Positions 48,233-58,451 of a stretch of 64,000 nucleotides of DNA are shown piece by piece. Below the pieces are notes generated by a model. The model saw nothing but the letters and a program-made list of their open reading frames with translations, was not told the origin of the DNA and made no database searches. Position 1 is the first letter of the stretch; the number at the start of each line of letters is the position of its first letter. The DNA comes from Bradymonadia bacterium. GTDB lineage: Bacteria > Myxococcota_A > Bradymonadia > UBA7976 > UBA1532. The stretch is taken from NCBI GenBank assembly GCA_046290225.1, contig JBKAGE010000079.1:216861-280860 (forward strand). The letters are read 5' to 3'. A program made the position numbers and the translations under genes.

Positions 48233-50341
48233 TCAGGGGACCGAGTTGTAGAAGCGATCGCGGGCCACGACGCGGCGCACGTTCTGAGCAGGGATCCACT
48301 CGATGCCCACCACGTGCCAGAAGTTCCCGGTGACTTGCATCTCTCGGGAGCCTTCCCACTCGAGGACCCCGCCGAGGAAGATGCGCATGGTCACGAGGCT
48401 GGCACCCAGCTGTGCGCCACCGAAGATCTCCGAGCGGTAGTACAACACACCCACCTCGTAGAGGCCGCCGAGCAGGCTGGTGTCCTCGGGGCGGTCGACG
48501 CTGATGTTCTCGGGGCCGGCGCCGTTGGTGTCGTCGATGTCCAGGGTGCAGTCGTCGGCAGGATCACCCAGCTGACCCCAGTCGGGGTTGGTGTTGGCGA
48601 AGTAGCAGTCGCCGGGCTGGATGTTCCAGCCCAGGTTCTGGGGGTAGAGCATGTGGATGTCGATGTCGGTGCCGACGTTGTCGGTCTCGTTGTCATCGGC
48701 GGGGGTGGTCCAGCTCATCTGGGCGAGGATGCCGCCGTCGGGGGTGGCGGTGATGTTGATGGTGGCCACGGGCTCGGGGCAGATGTCGGAAGGCGCCGAC
48801 AGGCCCTGCTCGTCGGTGACGCGCAGCTCGATGACGTAGTCGCCGGCGAGGTCGACGAAGAACAGCGCCTCGGGGGTGGCGGGATCGTCAGCGGGGCCAC
48901 CATCGGCAGGACGGGCCACGTTGCTGAACCGCTCCACGGGCTGGGAGGTGGAGTCCATGGGGCGCTCGATCACCGTCCACTCGTAGCGCACGGGGCGGCC
49001 ACCGGCGGAGTCCTCGTCGATGGAGGGGCCGCCGTTGAGGGTGATGATGTCGAGGGGCAGCACCGCGAACTCGTCCTGCTGCACCTGGGGCACAGGGCAG
49101 ACGTTCTGCAGGCCACGACCGGAGAGGGGCACCTCGAGGGTGGGCTGGAAGCCGTCGTTGCTCTCGATGATGATCGTGCCGTCGTACACCTCTTCAGCAT
49201 CAGGGCTGAAGGTGACGGTGAGCAGGCGGCTCGGGGGATCCTGGTCAGGCGTGCGGGCGGGGAGGGGGGCGCTGGTGATGTCGGCGACGTCGGCCTCGCT
49301 CAAGGTGAAGGCGGCGTCGGTGTCGTCGGAGAGCCGGATGCTGGAGACGTCGAGGGGCTCACCGCCGCAGCTGGCGATGACCAGGGACTTCTCGTTGTCG
49401 GCGTCGACGAGGCCAGCGCCGAAGGCGAGGCCGTCGGCGGGCACCACCTCGATGCAGGGGGTGGCGCCGTTGGCCGTCAGCTCCAGGGTGCTGATGGGGC
49501 TGATGGGATCATTGGTCTGGATGGCCAGCTCACCGGAGTCGGAGCCCTCGGCAGGGGGCGCGTAGGTCACCTGAATCTCGAAAGAGGACTGCGGGGCCAG
49601 GCCTTCCTGGCCGTCGCCGTCGGGATCCGCGAGCAGCATGGCGTTGTTGATGGGGTCCTCGCCGCGGATCTGCACCGAGTAGTCGGCGCTGCCGGCGAGG
49701 TTCATGGCGTTGAAGAACAACACCTCGGTGCCCACGTTGTTCACCGTGGCCGTCATGGTCTTGGTGGCGTTGGCGGCGACACGCTCGAAGTCGAGGACCC
49801 GGGGGCTGATGCGCAGCTCGGGGCCCGAGGCGGCGTGCACGATGGGCAAGGCCACCTCGCGGTTGGCCGGATCGTTGGTGTTGATCACCAAAGTGCCTGG
49901 ATCAGTGCCCTCGTCGAGGGGGGCGTAGTTCAGGTACAGGAACACCGTCTGCTCAGGCTCGATGACGATGGGGCCGTCCTGGCGCTGGGCGTTGCCGCGA
50001 TCGACGAGGGCGAAGCGCGCGTTGGCCTCGTCGGTGTCGTAGCGCCACGTGAGCTCGTACTCGTCGCTGGGCAGGTTGCTCACCGAGGTGATGGCGAGCT
50101 GAGCGTTGCCCACGTTGATCACCTCGACCACCTGGGTGTTGTTCTGCCCCATGGCCACCGAAGTGTAGTTGAAGCTGTCGGGCCGAAGCTCGATCTCAGG
50201 TGTGGCACCACCCTCGAGGCTGTTGTCTTCACAAGCAGTGAGGCCACAGCTCAAGGCCACCACGAGCGCGGTGAGGCAAGTGCTCGTCAGAAATGTACGT
50301 GTGGAGCGGGTGCAGCCCATAAGTCGGCTCCTCATTGGCAT
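48233..50341 (-). CDS. Surface lipoprotein with tandem choice-of-anchor-D/ASH Ig-like domains, a PKD-like domain and a YfaP-like C-domain
   Basis: Lipobox LTAC, repeated NVG...I(N/Q/E)(T/S)ND segments, DIDIH...LDIDD..G.GPENI. Confidence 0.8.
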   Translation of the reverse strand: MPMRSRLMGCTRSTRTFLTSTCLTALVVALSCGLTACEDNSLEGGATPEIELRPDSFNYTSVAMGQNNTQVVEVINVGNAQLAITSVSNLPSDEYELTWRYDTDEANARFALVDRGNAQRQDGPIVIEPEQTVFLYLNYAPLDEGTDPGTLVINTNDPANREVALPIVHAASGPELRISPRVLDFERVAANATKTMTATVNNVGTEVLFFNAMNLAGSADYSVQIRGEDPINNAMLLADPDGDGQEGLAPQSSFEIQVTYAPPAEGSDSGELAIQTNDPISPISTLELTANGATPCIEVVPADGLAFGAGLVDADNEKSLVIASCGGEPLDVSSIRLSDDTDAAFTLSEADVADITSAPLPARTPDQDPPSRLLTVTFSPDAEEVYDGTIIIESNDGFQPTLEVPLSGRGLQNVCPVPQVQQDEFAVLPLDIITLNGGPSIDEDSAGGRPVRYEWTVIERPMDSTSQPVERFSNVARPADGGPADDPATPEALFFVDLAGDYVIELRVTDEQGLSAPSDICPEPVATINITATPDGGILAQMSWTTPADDNETDNVGTDIDIHMLYPQNLGWNIQPGDCYFANTNPDWGQLGDPADDCTLDIDDTNGAGPENISVDRPEDTSLLGGLYEVGVLYYRSEIFGGAQLGASLVTMRIFLGGVLEWEGSREMQVTGNFWHVVGIEWIPAQNVRRVVARDRFYNSVP

Positions 50342-50495
50342 AGAGCGGGGTGTCCGGGGCCCAGGATGCGGGGCACAGTAAAGTAGCGTGTACGTCCACA
50401 TCCGACAATTCGATGCCGCGTAGCGTGGACGATTTAAGCCGTCTACATCAAGTGTCACACATTGCACCGGTCGATTTTCAGTGTCGGCAGGGGCT

Positions 50496-52946
50496 TCAGC
50501 CGCCCTTGAGGGCATCTGCAAGGCCCCGTCGTTCGACGGCGAGGGCCGCACACGCCCGCGCTGCGCCAGAGAGTCGATGGCAGGCTCGGCTGTGAGCGTC
50601 GCCGGGGAGCGCAGCGCACCACGCTTCGATGCGGGCGGCGTCGTCGGGGGCGCACAGGCCCGCTGCGAGGGTCAGGATCGGAGCAGGGCCCGACGAGGCA
50701 GAGGGCGCGCCTTCGAGGTGTCCGCGCAGCTGGCTCGCCGTCTGTGGCCGGCGCGCCAGTTGAGCCCAAAGGGCCTCCCGCTCTTCGTCGAGCAGATCGC
50801 CAGACTGAGAGAAACGCAGTGTCGCTTCGATGAGTTCCGGCGAGGCTACATGACCCAGGGCCATGAGCAGACCCGAACGGCTGTGGGCATCTGCAGCGGC
50901 TTCGAAGGCCGCGACGAGGGCTCGATGCTGGTCTGCAGTGGCGCCGAGGGTGCACAGCGCGATGCTGCGGACGTCTGCTTCGGAGAGCCCACCAGCCCCC
51001 GTCGTCACCTCGGCGAGCTGAGGCGAGATGCCGGACCAGCCTTCAGGGCAAAGCTCTGCTGGTGTCAGCGCCTTGAGGTCCACCAGCGCCGTGCTCAGCG
51101 CGAGGTGAGGTCGGCCCTGTTGTCGCCGGGCCACCACAGAGGGGGCCACATGACGTCGGGCCCAGTGTGCCAGCTGAGTGGCCATGGCGGGATCAGGCGT
51201 GAGGCGGGCAAGCAGATGCACACCATCAGCGACCCCTTCGAGGACCAGCGGGTGGTGCTTGGCCGAGAGTGCCGCGAGGGCCTCGAGGAACTGGTGGCCG
51301 TCGAGGTGCCCATGACGCAGCTGGCCGATGAGGGCGCCGGGCATGGAGATACGTTGGGACACGCTCAGCTGATCCCAGTGGCGATTGATCACATCGAGGG
51401 TGAGGGCCGGCGCCATTTGCCAGTGATGGTTGTGCAGCGTGTCAGGGGCCAGCCACGTGGGGCATCGAGGAAGCTCTATGGTGTGCGTCTCCGCCGACCA
51501 GCGCAGGCAATGCTCCGTCGATGCACCATCGAGGCCAACGTGCATACAGAGGGGCAATCCATTGGGGATCTCAGCCCCAGAGGCGGGAGAGAGCTGGACC
51601 TGGGCAGGGGCAGAGGCTCGGGCGCCACATCGCACTGCATAGTTGACACGGGGTGGCTCAGCGGCGCTGACGAGGCCGCCGAGCAGCCCGGAGAGCGGTT
51701 GACGGGTCGACGTGTCGATGGCGGCAAACCATTGCGCCACGTCGCCCCCACGGTGGGCGAGCCATTGGCTGCCGAGCGTCTCGAAGCGTTGCTTGCCCAC
51801 GAGATGGCGAACCGTGTCGAGGATGGACCACCAGCGCACTGGAGGGTGGGGGTCGAGAGGACCGAGGCCCATGGCCATGCTTGCCCGCTGACGACGCAGC
51901 AGGTGAGGCTCGTGTGCCGGGTGCAATACGTCGAGCACTGTGTCGGCGTGATCGTGGATGAGGGTGCCATCGAGGGTGTCAGCTTCAGGGCTGATGCCTC
52001 GTTGGTGACAATATGCGTCGCTGAGCTGATCTCCAGCGTGAAGCGGGTTGGTGAGGCGCTCATCGTCGAGGGCGGCGATCACCAATCCCTGGGCGGTGCT
52101 TGTGGGCAGGCCCCAGCCAGGTACGAGGACCACCTGTAAAGGGGCTTCTGTCGCCTCGAGAGGCAGAGACTGCACCTTTTTGCTCCAGGTGGTGAGCTGA
52201 CGCGCCAGCGCTGCAGTTTCGGCCTTGACCGAGCCTGGAGCAAAGAGCACGACCCCCCCACCACAGGTCACAGATTCAAAGGGGCCAGCGACCCAGCGGA
52301 TGTCGCTGGGGATCGCCGCGGGTTGCTGCAGCAGCGTGATCCCAGGCTCAGGGCTGCTGTGTGGTGCACCTGCACCGATGACCCGCCAGCCCTCGGGGTG
52401 CTTCACCTTCAAGGTCAGAGGTGCCTCGAAGCCGTGCACGTCGAACCCTGGTGTGTAATGGCGGCCGAGGCTCGACGCCAGGCCTGACCAGATCCCGCCG
52501 AGGGCGGATGTACGCCAGAGTCCGGGGGCCCCGAGACCAAAGTCCGCCGTGTACTCCACCGTCAGCTTCACCGGACCAGGGGGGAGGGGCGTGTCGAACC
52601 AGAGCGCGAGCCCGTCATGAGGCATGCTCTGAAAGCGCCCTGTCCGCTGCCCCCATTCACCCTCAGCCTGCAACCGCGTCACCTGCAGTGTGCCCCCGTG
52701 CATCGGGATCAGCTGTGTGGGTTGCTTGAGATGAAGCGAGAACTCAGCGCGACCCTCGAGAGGGCCCTGCTCGGCGAGCTGGAGCGTCAGGGCCCACGCC
52801 TGAGGGCGTAGATCCTCAGACGGGCGCTCGGCGCCATCGAACTCGGGGATGGCCGGCGGCGCAGGTGGATCAGGTGGAGGGGGCGGAGGGCGCTCCATAC
52901 AACCTGCGAGCAGAGTACAGAGACAGAACAGCCTCGAGGGGGACAT
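50496..52946 (-). CDS. M1 aminopeptidase-like lipoprotein lacking catalytic motifs
   Basis: Lipobox LAGC; APN-like N-domain (LRP..W.LTL, GLWR, PGFD) and a helical ERAP1_C-like C-terminus; no GAMEN or HEXXH. Confidence 0.7.
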   Translation of the reverse strand: MSPSRLFCLCTLLAGCMERPPPPPPDPPAPPAIPEFDGAERPSEDLRPQAWALTLQLAEQGPLEGRAEFSLHLKQPTQLIPMHGGTLQVTRLQAEGEWGQRTGRFQSMPHDGLALWFDTPLPPGPVKLTVEYTADFGLGAPGLWRTSALGGIWSGLASSLGRHYTPGFDVHGFEAPLTLKVKHPEGWRVIGAGAPHSSPEPGITLLQQPAAIPSDIRWVAGPFESVTCGGGVVLFAPGSVKAETAALARQLTTWSKKVQSLPLEATEAPLQVVLVPGWGLPTSTAQGLVIAALDDERLTNPLHAGDQLSDAYCHQRGISPEADTLDGTLIHDHADTVLDVLHPAHEPHLLRRQRASMAMGLGPLDPHPPVRWWSILDTVRHLVGKQRFETLGSQWLAHRGGDVAQWFAAIDTSTRQPLSGLLGGLVSAAEPPRVNYAVRCGARASAPAQVQLSPASGAEIPNGLPLCMHVGLDGASTEHCLRWSAETHTIELPRCPTWLAPDTLHNHHWQMAPALTLDVINRHWDQLSVSQRISMPGALIGQLRHGHLDGHQFLEALAALSAKHHPLVLEGVADGVHLLARLTPDPAMATQLAHWARRHVAPSVVARRQQGRPHLALSTALVDLKALTPAELCPEGWSGISPQLAEVTTGAGGLSEADVRSIALCTLGATADQHRALVAAFEAAADAHSRSGLLMALGHVASPELIEATLRFSQSGDLLDEEREALWAQLARRPQTASQLRGHLEGAPSASSGPAPILTLAAGLCAPDDAARIEAWCAALPGDAHSRACHRLSGAARACAALAVERRGLADALKGG

Positions 52947-52960
52947 GCAACTCCTCAGAG

Positions 52961-55534
52961 TCACCGGCGGTGGGATCTCCGACGGCGAAGGGGGTACAAG
53001 CACAAGAGCCACAGCAGGGGGCTCGGCCGGCTCTGGGTATGATCACACGCACAGCCAGCGCCGCTGCCCGTGATGGTGCTGCCATCGCCGAGGAAACCAG
53101 TATCATTGACCGGCGCCCCCGCATCAGTCTCGGGGGTGGCGTCGGTCTCAGGCGAGGCGTCGATCTCCGAGCCAGCATCCGAGGCAGAGGCATCCGCGGC
53201 GACACCTTCATCAGCGTCGCCCATGCCCGCATCGCCCGGACCCGCATCAGGTACGCCCTGATCTGGCAGTTCGTCTCCAGGTAGAGGGCCAGGATGCTGC
53301 TCGGGGTAGACACACTGTGGCGGCGACTGAGTCGGATCACAATATTGTCCCAGCGGGCAAACCACCTGAGCGCAGGGGTTCGGTACACAATCCCCGTCGT
53401 CGCAGATGAAGTTCTCCTCGCACGTGACACCAGCGCAGGGATCGTCGCCACAGACACCGGCGACACAGGCCTCACCTGCACCACAGGCCACCTCGAAACA
53501 TGGGTCTGGAACACAGTCGCCGTCGAGGCAACGCTGGGCGAAACGGCACGAAACAGGGCCGCATGCGGGTACGCACGCCCCATTGCGACACATTTGATCC
53601 GCCGGGCACATCACATCAGCGCACTCGTCGGGTACACATGCATCACCGAAACAGACCTGACCTGTGGGGCAGGGCGCCTCGCGGCAATCATCAGGATCTT
53701 CCTCAGGTGCGCACAGCCCGGTCTCGAGCACGCACCGCTCACCCTCCGGACAACCCTGAGCCACACAGGGCGGTACGCAAGCGCCGTCTAGGCAGATGGC
53801 GGGGGCGGGGCAGCTGCCATCTCCGTCACAGGGGGGCCAGCAGCCGCCGGCGACACACAGATCGCCACCTGGACAGTCAGCCGCTTCGTCTACGGCGCCG
53901 TCACAGTCGTCGTCATCGCCGTTACAGGCGTCTACTTCGAGAGGGCCACAGGCTTCACAGGCGTTACGTGTGGATTCGTCGACAACGCCGTCGCAGTCGA
54001 CGTCGAAGCCATCACAGGTCTCCGAGCGCGGGGCGTTGTCGGCGACACACTCCAGGACGCCGTTCTCGCACGAGGTCCTGCCTGCGGCACACAGGCCGAA
54101 ACCACCTGCGTCACAGCGGACCCCTGCAGTCTCCTCGTCGACGAGGCCATCACAATCGTCGTCGACGCCGTCACAGTCTTCGCCCCCGGGATCAGGTACA
54201 CAGCACTCACCCCGGTCGAAGTTTTCCTGGTTCGGGCAGTTGTCACAGAGATCGCCAGCACCGTCACCGTCAGCGTCGGCCTGCCCCGGGTTGGGCACCT
54301 CAGGGCAGTTGTCGAGGGGGTCACAGGGGCCATCACCGTCGGTGTCGATGCATGCGCCACCGAGGGAGCGCTCCATCAGCAGCAAGGCCATCACGGTGTC
54401 CACCTCGACCTGCGCGGGGAGGTTGCCCCCGTTGAACCACGAGCCATCGGGGCGCTGGGTGCTCATCAGCCACCAGGTAAAGTCGTAATAGTAGCCACGC
54501 GGGGCTTCAGGGTAACCGTCAGCCACTGGATCGCGGGCACCACCCACATCGTCGGCGCTCAGTACCCCTTCAGCACCTTCAGGCAGCAGCGTCGTGGCCC
54601 GGTAGGCCTTGTACGACAGCCAGAGATAGAGGTTGTGATATCGGAGCATCCAATCACTGGCGTCTTCGCGCCGGGCCGGATGCTGGCTGTGATCTGCATA
54701 GGTGTACGTGCCCTGCAGCCACTCGAGAGAGTTTTGCAGTCGGGCATCGGTGACGCTGACGCCGGCGAGGCGGTAGGACCACAGCGCAGCCGTGGTGAGC
54801 GTGGCTGAACGCTGATCCCAGTCTTCTCCGATGACGTAGTGATGCGAGCCGTTGGCGTTGCTGTTGGCATCGAGGAAGCTCACCACACGGGGGAGTGCCT
54901 CAGCGGCATCAGGCTCGATGACCTGAGCTGCAGAAAGGGCCGAGACCACCATGTGGGTGCACGAGCCGTCAGCGCGGCTGTCACCGCCAGGGAGCGCGGC
55001 GCTGTCGGCGACACCGTAGCCCCAGCCACCGAGGCTGGCGCCCTGGCTGCTCTGGCGGGCCACCAAGGCCAGCACCCCGTTGCGCAGCGCCGTGGTGAGG
55101 GGGACCCCCGCCACCTCGAAGTCAGGGCCTCCGGTGAGGCGCCATCGGGTGATGGCCATGATCAGCGTCGAGGTGTTGTAGCACTGCGACGTCGCCTGTG
55201 GACCCAGGAGCATGGCCCCTGGGGAGGCGCCTGCTTCGATGGACAAGCTGTAAGAAAGCGCCTGCGTCATCAGATCGCGATCCGCATCGCTCAAGCCCCG
55301 CCAGCCCCCAGGTGTGCGCTCGAGGAACGCCAGCACCGCCAGAGCGGTGACTTGACCGCTGGAGAGGCTGCCCGTGTTTGGATCGGCCTGAGTACGGAAC
55401 CACGCCAGGCCACGCTCGATCGTGGCGTTGACGTCTTGCTGGAACGGGGTGAGCTCGTTCTGTGCACGGGCACCAAAAGCCCACACGGTGACACATACGC
55501 TGCACAGCAGCGCCGTCCTCCATCTCGTCGTCAT
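52961..55534 (-). CDS. Secreted protein with prenyltransferase/squalene-cyclase-like barrel, TSP3/MopE/Cys-rich repeats and a MYXO-CTERM-like tail
   Basis: GGAGGAGG RBS and signal peptide; ERGLAWF, QSSQG..GGWGY, QRPDGSW, DNCP..NPGQAD, CDGVDDDCDG; ends GCAC...LLWLLCLYPLRRRR. Confidence 0.82.
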   Translation of the reverse strand: MTTRWRTALLCSVCVTVWAFGARAQNELTPFQQDVNATIERGLAWFRTQADPNTGSLSSGQVTALAVLAFLERTPGGWRGLSDADRDLMTQALSYSLSIEAGASPGAMLLGPQATSQCYNTSTLIMAITRWRLTGGPDFEVAGVPLTTALRNGVLALVARQSSQGASLGGWGYGVADSAALPGGDSRADGSCTHMVVSALSAAQVIEPDAAEALPRVVSFLDANSNANGSHHYVIGEDWDQRSATLTTAALWSYRLAGVSVTDARLQNSLEWLQGTYTYADHSQHPARREDASDWMLRYHNLYLWLSYKAYRATTLLPEGAEGVLSADDVGGARDPVADGYPEAPRGYYYDFTWWLMSTQRPDGSWFNGGNLPAQVEVDTVMALLLMERSLGGACIDTDGDGPCDPLDNCPEVPNPGQADADGDGAGDLCDNCPNQENFDRGECCVPDPGGEDCDGVDDDCDGLVDEETAGVRCDAGGFGLCAAGRTSCENGVLECVADNAPRSETCDGFDVDCDGVVDESTRNACEACGPLEVDACNGDDDDCDGAVDEAADCPGGDLCVAGGCWPPCDGDGSCPAPAICLDGACVPPCVAQGCPEGERCVLETGLCAPEEDPDDCREAPCPTGQVCFGDACVPDECADVMCPADQMCRNGACVPACGPVSCRFAQRCLDGDCVPDPCFEVACGAGEACVAGVCGDDPCAGVTCEENFICDDGDCVPNPCAQVVCPLGQYCDPTQSPPQCVYPEQHPGPLPGDELPDQGVPDAGPGDAGMGDADEGVAADASASDAGSEIDASPETDATPETDAGAPVNDTGFLGDGSTITGSGAGCACDHTQSRPSPLLWLLCLYPLRRRRSHRR

Positions 55535-55946
55535 GTTGCCTCCTCCCACTTACATATCAGACCCGGGCGCCCCCGTAGAACCCTCGGGTTGAGGGTGCCA
55601 CGAGAGGAGGGGGTGGGTCATCAACGACCCGGTGGGTCTTTTTTCTCAAACCCACCCCAAAGGTTTGCCGAAGGGTTGTCTACAGGCGCGAAGCACGCCG
55701 CGTCGAAACAGCGAGAGCTGGCACAGAGGGAACACATATGTGGATGCGCACTGAAGATTGGGACCAGGGTCAATTGTCTGTGGAGCGTACGCTCGAGCAA
55801 CCCCGACTCAAGACACGGACACTGCAGCCGTCCACGCGCACGGTCAGGCCGGCCCACACCCTTGAAAAGTCCGCCACCCTCCCTCGCCGTCGAGCTGCCT
55901 GAGTCAGATTCTCGCCCCTGCGTCGGCGTCAGCGCATACTGCGTAC

Positions 55947-56708
55947 ATGAACAGCCTCCGCGTCACCTTCCTCGGCTCTGCCGATGCGTTCAACAGCGCC
56001 GGCCGAGCGCACAGTTGTTATCTCGTCGAAGATCCACATGGTTGTTTTGCCGTCGACTTCGGTCCCACGGCGCTGGTGCAGTGCAAACGTCTCGGGGTCG
56101 ATCCCGATCGTCTCGATGCTGTCGTCATGACCCATATGCATGGTGACCATGTGGGTGGAGTGCCGGTGCTGCTCGTCGATTTGCAGTACCGCGCGTGGCG
56201 CACCCGGCCGTTCAGCCTCGTGGGACCTCCAGGGGGCCAGAAGCGGTTGGGCGACCTGCGCATCGGCAGTTATCCGGAGATCACCCGTCGTGGCCTGCGC
56301 TACCCCTTGCAGTGGCAGGATCTCAGCGTGCCGGGCACCCTGCAGATGGGCCCCCGAAAGATCACGGCGATCCGCGCTCACCATGAGCAGAACGCTGTGT
56401 CCACATCGCTCAAAATCGAGACCGCTGGACACACCCTGGTCTTCAGTGGTGACACTGGCTGGCATCAGCCCCTCGTCGATCTCGCCCGTGGTGCTGATCT
56501 CTTCATCTGTGAATGCTCATCCGTGAGCCCGCAGACCGATCGACACATTTGTCTCGAAGAGCTCGAGATGCATCGAGCGCTCATCAACGTGAAGCAATGG
56601 GTCTTGACGCACTTGAACGGAGAGATGAGGCAGGCGAGGGCGAGGGTGGAGGCCCTTGGCGCTCACCTCGCGGATGATGGGATGGTGATCGAGCTCAAGG
56701 CCACTTGA
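55947..56708 (+). CDS. MBL-fold metallo-hydrolase (RNase Z/BN-like)
   Basis: FLGSAD, THMHGDHVGG, FSGDT, LTH. Confidence 0.9.
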   Translation: MNSLRVTFLGSADAFNSAGRAHSCYLVEDPHGCFAVDFGPTALVQCKRLGVDPDRLDAVVMTHMHGDHVGGVPVLLVDLQYRAWRTRPFSLVGPPGGQKRLGDLRIGSYPEITRRGLRYPLQWQDLSVPGTLQMGPRKITAIRAHHEQNAVSTSLKIETAGHTLVFSGDTGWHQPLVDLARGADLFICECSSVSPQTDRHICLEELEMHRALINVKQWVLTHLNGEMRQARARVEALGAHLADDGMVIELKAT

Positions 56709-56720
56709 GCCCGTGCCTGA

Positions 56721-58193
56721 TCAAGGCATGCACACCCCGAGGGTGGAGAAGTTCACTCGGGCGGAGTCCGAGAGGCCCGCAGGCTGGGGATCCTCGTCGA
56801 AGGTGAAGAAGGCCCCGAGGCGAGACAGGTTGCCGGCGATGGAGAGTCCCTCACCGATGCCTTCGCGACCGTAATCCATCACGTAGAAGTCAGGTGACAC
56901 CCCGTTGGTGTTGAAGCGGGAGAAGCCGAGGCGGATGCTGCCCTCGGGGGGGCTATCCTGCCAGGCCACCCCGAAGAACTGGGGATCCATCCACGTGACG
57001 TCGGTGACCACGGCGTAGCCCATGGGCCCGGTGAGCTGGGGAGAGGCCAGGATGTCACCCTCGGAGTCGAGGAGGGTGAGCCGGGGGCTGAGGTTGCCCT
57101 CGGGGGTGACCATGCTCCAGCCGATGCCGAAGATGTCGGCGCCGTAGGCGATGTGGTTCTGGCCGGCGATGTTGTCGGCCACCTGGACGCGACGCAGGGT
57201 GCCGTCGCCTCGGGTCAGAGGCGTGGCGTCCTCTTCGTCGAGCAGCTGGAAGATCAAGCTGCTGGGCAGCTCTTCTGCAGGGGAGGCCGGGGTGAACCAG
57301 ACCGCGCCCCAGTTGCCGTTCCCGTACACCACCGCAGGGCTGCGCGCGGCGCCCTCGGACAAGATCACCTCTTCACCGAGGCTGCCGTCGGGGGTGATGG
57401 GCAGAGCAAAGAGACCATCAGCGCCGAGGCGGCCGCGGGTGAACAAGAGCACACCACCGACGCCTGGAGCCCAGCCCAGGGCGATCTGCTCGGCGTTGAA
57501 GCTGCTGGCCACCTCGGAGGCAGAGCCTACGGGCTCGCCACTGCCGTTGAGCAACTGCACGCGGATGCCTTCGAATGAGTCAGTGGGCGTGCGGCGGTTC
57601 ATCCACACCGCAGCGTACCCGCTGCCCGTGTGCACAATGTCGTACGCCGCGGTCTGAATCTGGCCGAGGGCCCGGGTCTCACCTGCAGGAGTGCCCGTGT
57701 TGTCGAACCGGCCGAAGTAGAGCTGATCGAGCTCGCTGTCGGCGACCTCCTGCGTCCAGATGACGCCCCACTCGGCACCCGTCCAGGCCACGCGAGGGCT
57801 GTGGGTGATCTGCTCGGTGGGGGTGGCGATGCTGGCAAAGTCGAGCTGGCCATAGTTGGAGGGTGGGCACACAGGTGCTTCACCCATACCGCCCATACCG
57901 GCCTCACCGCCGGCGCCGCCCATACCGGCTTCGCCACCAGCACCGCCCATGCCGGCTTCGCCGCCCATGCCGGCCTCACCGCCAGCGCCGCCCATGCCGG
58001 CCTCACCACCAGCGCCGCCCATACCGGCCTCGCCGCCAGCGCCGCCCATGGCACCTGCTCCGGCTTCGCCCCCGGCGCCGCCAGAGCTGCTGCCCCCGTC
58101 ATCGCCGTCATCACACGCCCACAGCCCGATGGCGAGCAGCGCACACGTTAGATTGAGGCCACGTCGACGGCCCAGGAAAGAGGAGTTCAACAT
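56721..58193 (-). CDS. Lipoprotein with Gly-rich linker and propeller-like domain
   Basis: Lipobox LWAC, GGAGGEAGM repeats, and blades similar to those of 18891..22130. Confidence 0.82.
   Translation of the reverse strand: MLNSSFLGRRRGLNLTCALLAIGLWACDDGDDGGSSSGGAGGEAGAGAMGGAGGEAGMGGAGGEAGMGGAGGEAGMGGEAGMGGAGGEAGMGGAGGEAGMGGMGEAPVCPPSNYGQLDFASIATPTEQITHSPRVAWTGAEWGVIWTQEVADSELDQLYFGRFDNTGTPAGETRALGQIQTAAYDIVHTGSGYAAVWMNRRTPTDSFEGIRVQLLNGSGEPVGSASEVASSFNAEQIALGWAPGVGGVLLFTRGRLGADGLFALPITPDGSLGEEVILSEGAARSPAVVYGNGNWGAVWFTPASPAEELPSSLIFQLLDEEDATPLTRGDGTLRRVQVADNIAGQNHIAYGADIFGIGWSMVTPEGNLSPRLTLLDSEGDILASPQLTGPMGYAVVTDVTWMDPQFFGVAWQDSPPEGSIRLGFSRFNTNGVSPDFYVMDYGREGIGEGLSIAGNLSRLGAFFTFDEDPQPAGLSDSARVNFSTLGVCMP
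57886..58083 (-). repeat. Coding 27-nt tandem repeats encoding GGAGGEAGM
   Basis: About six diverged copies visible in both DNA and protein. Confidence 0.85.
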
Positions 58194-58451
58194 CGATGTC
58201 TCCGAAGGTAGGTCACCGGGTGACTTCTACCAATGGTCCCGAGTTCCGGGCAAGGTCAGCGCGCTCGCGCCACACCCGATGTCCATTTTGTGCGCCGAAG
58301 ACTCCCATGAAAGTCGATGACATACATGTGTTGGCCGAAAACTCATTTCCATACATCAAGTGTTGGAGTAGTCTGATAACGGAGAAAATTCAGCAAATAG
58401 TCGTATTTTAAGACTTAGGTTCGTTTGAGGAAGCTCTTGAGGGAGAGATTC

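Noticed and set aside
55640..55685. c-di-GMP-I riboswitch (GGCAAACC on the minus strand)
   Set aside because: The GNRA-capped P2 and the GACGCAAAGC-type junction are missing.
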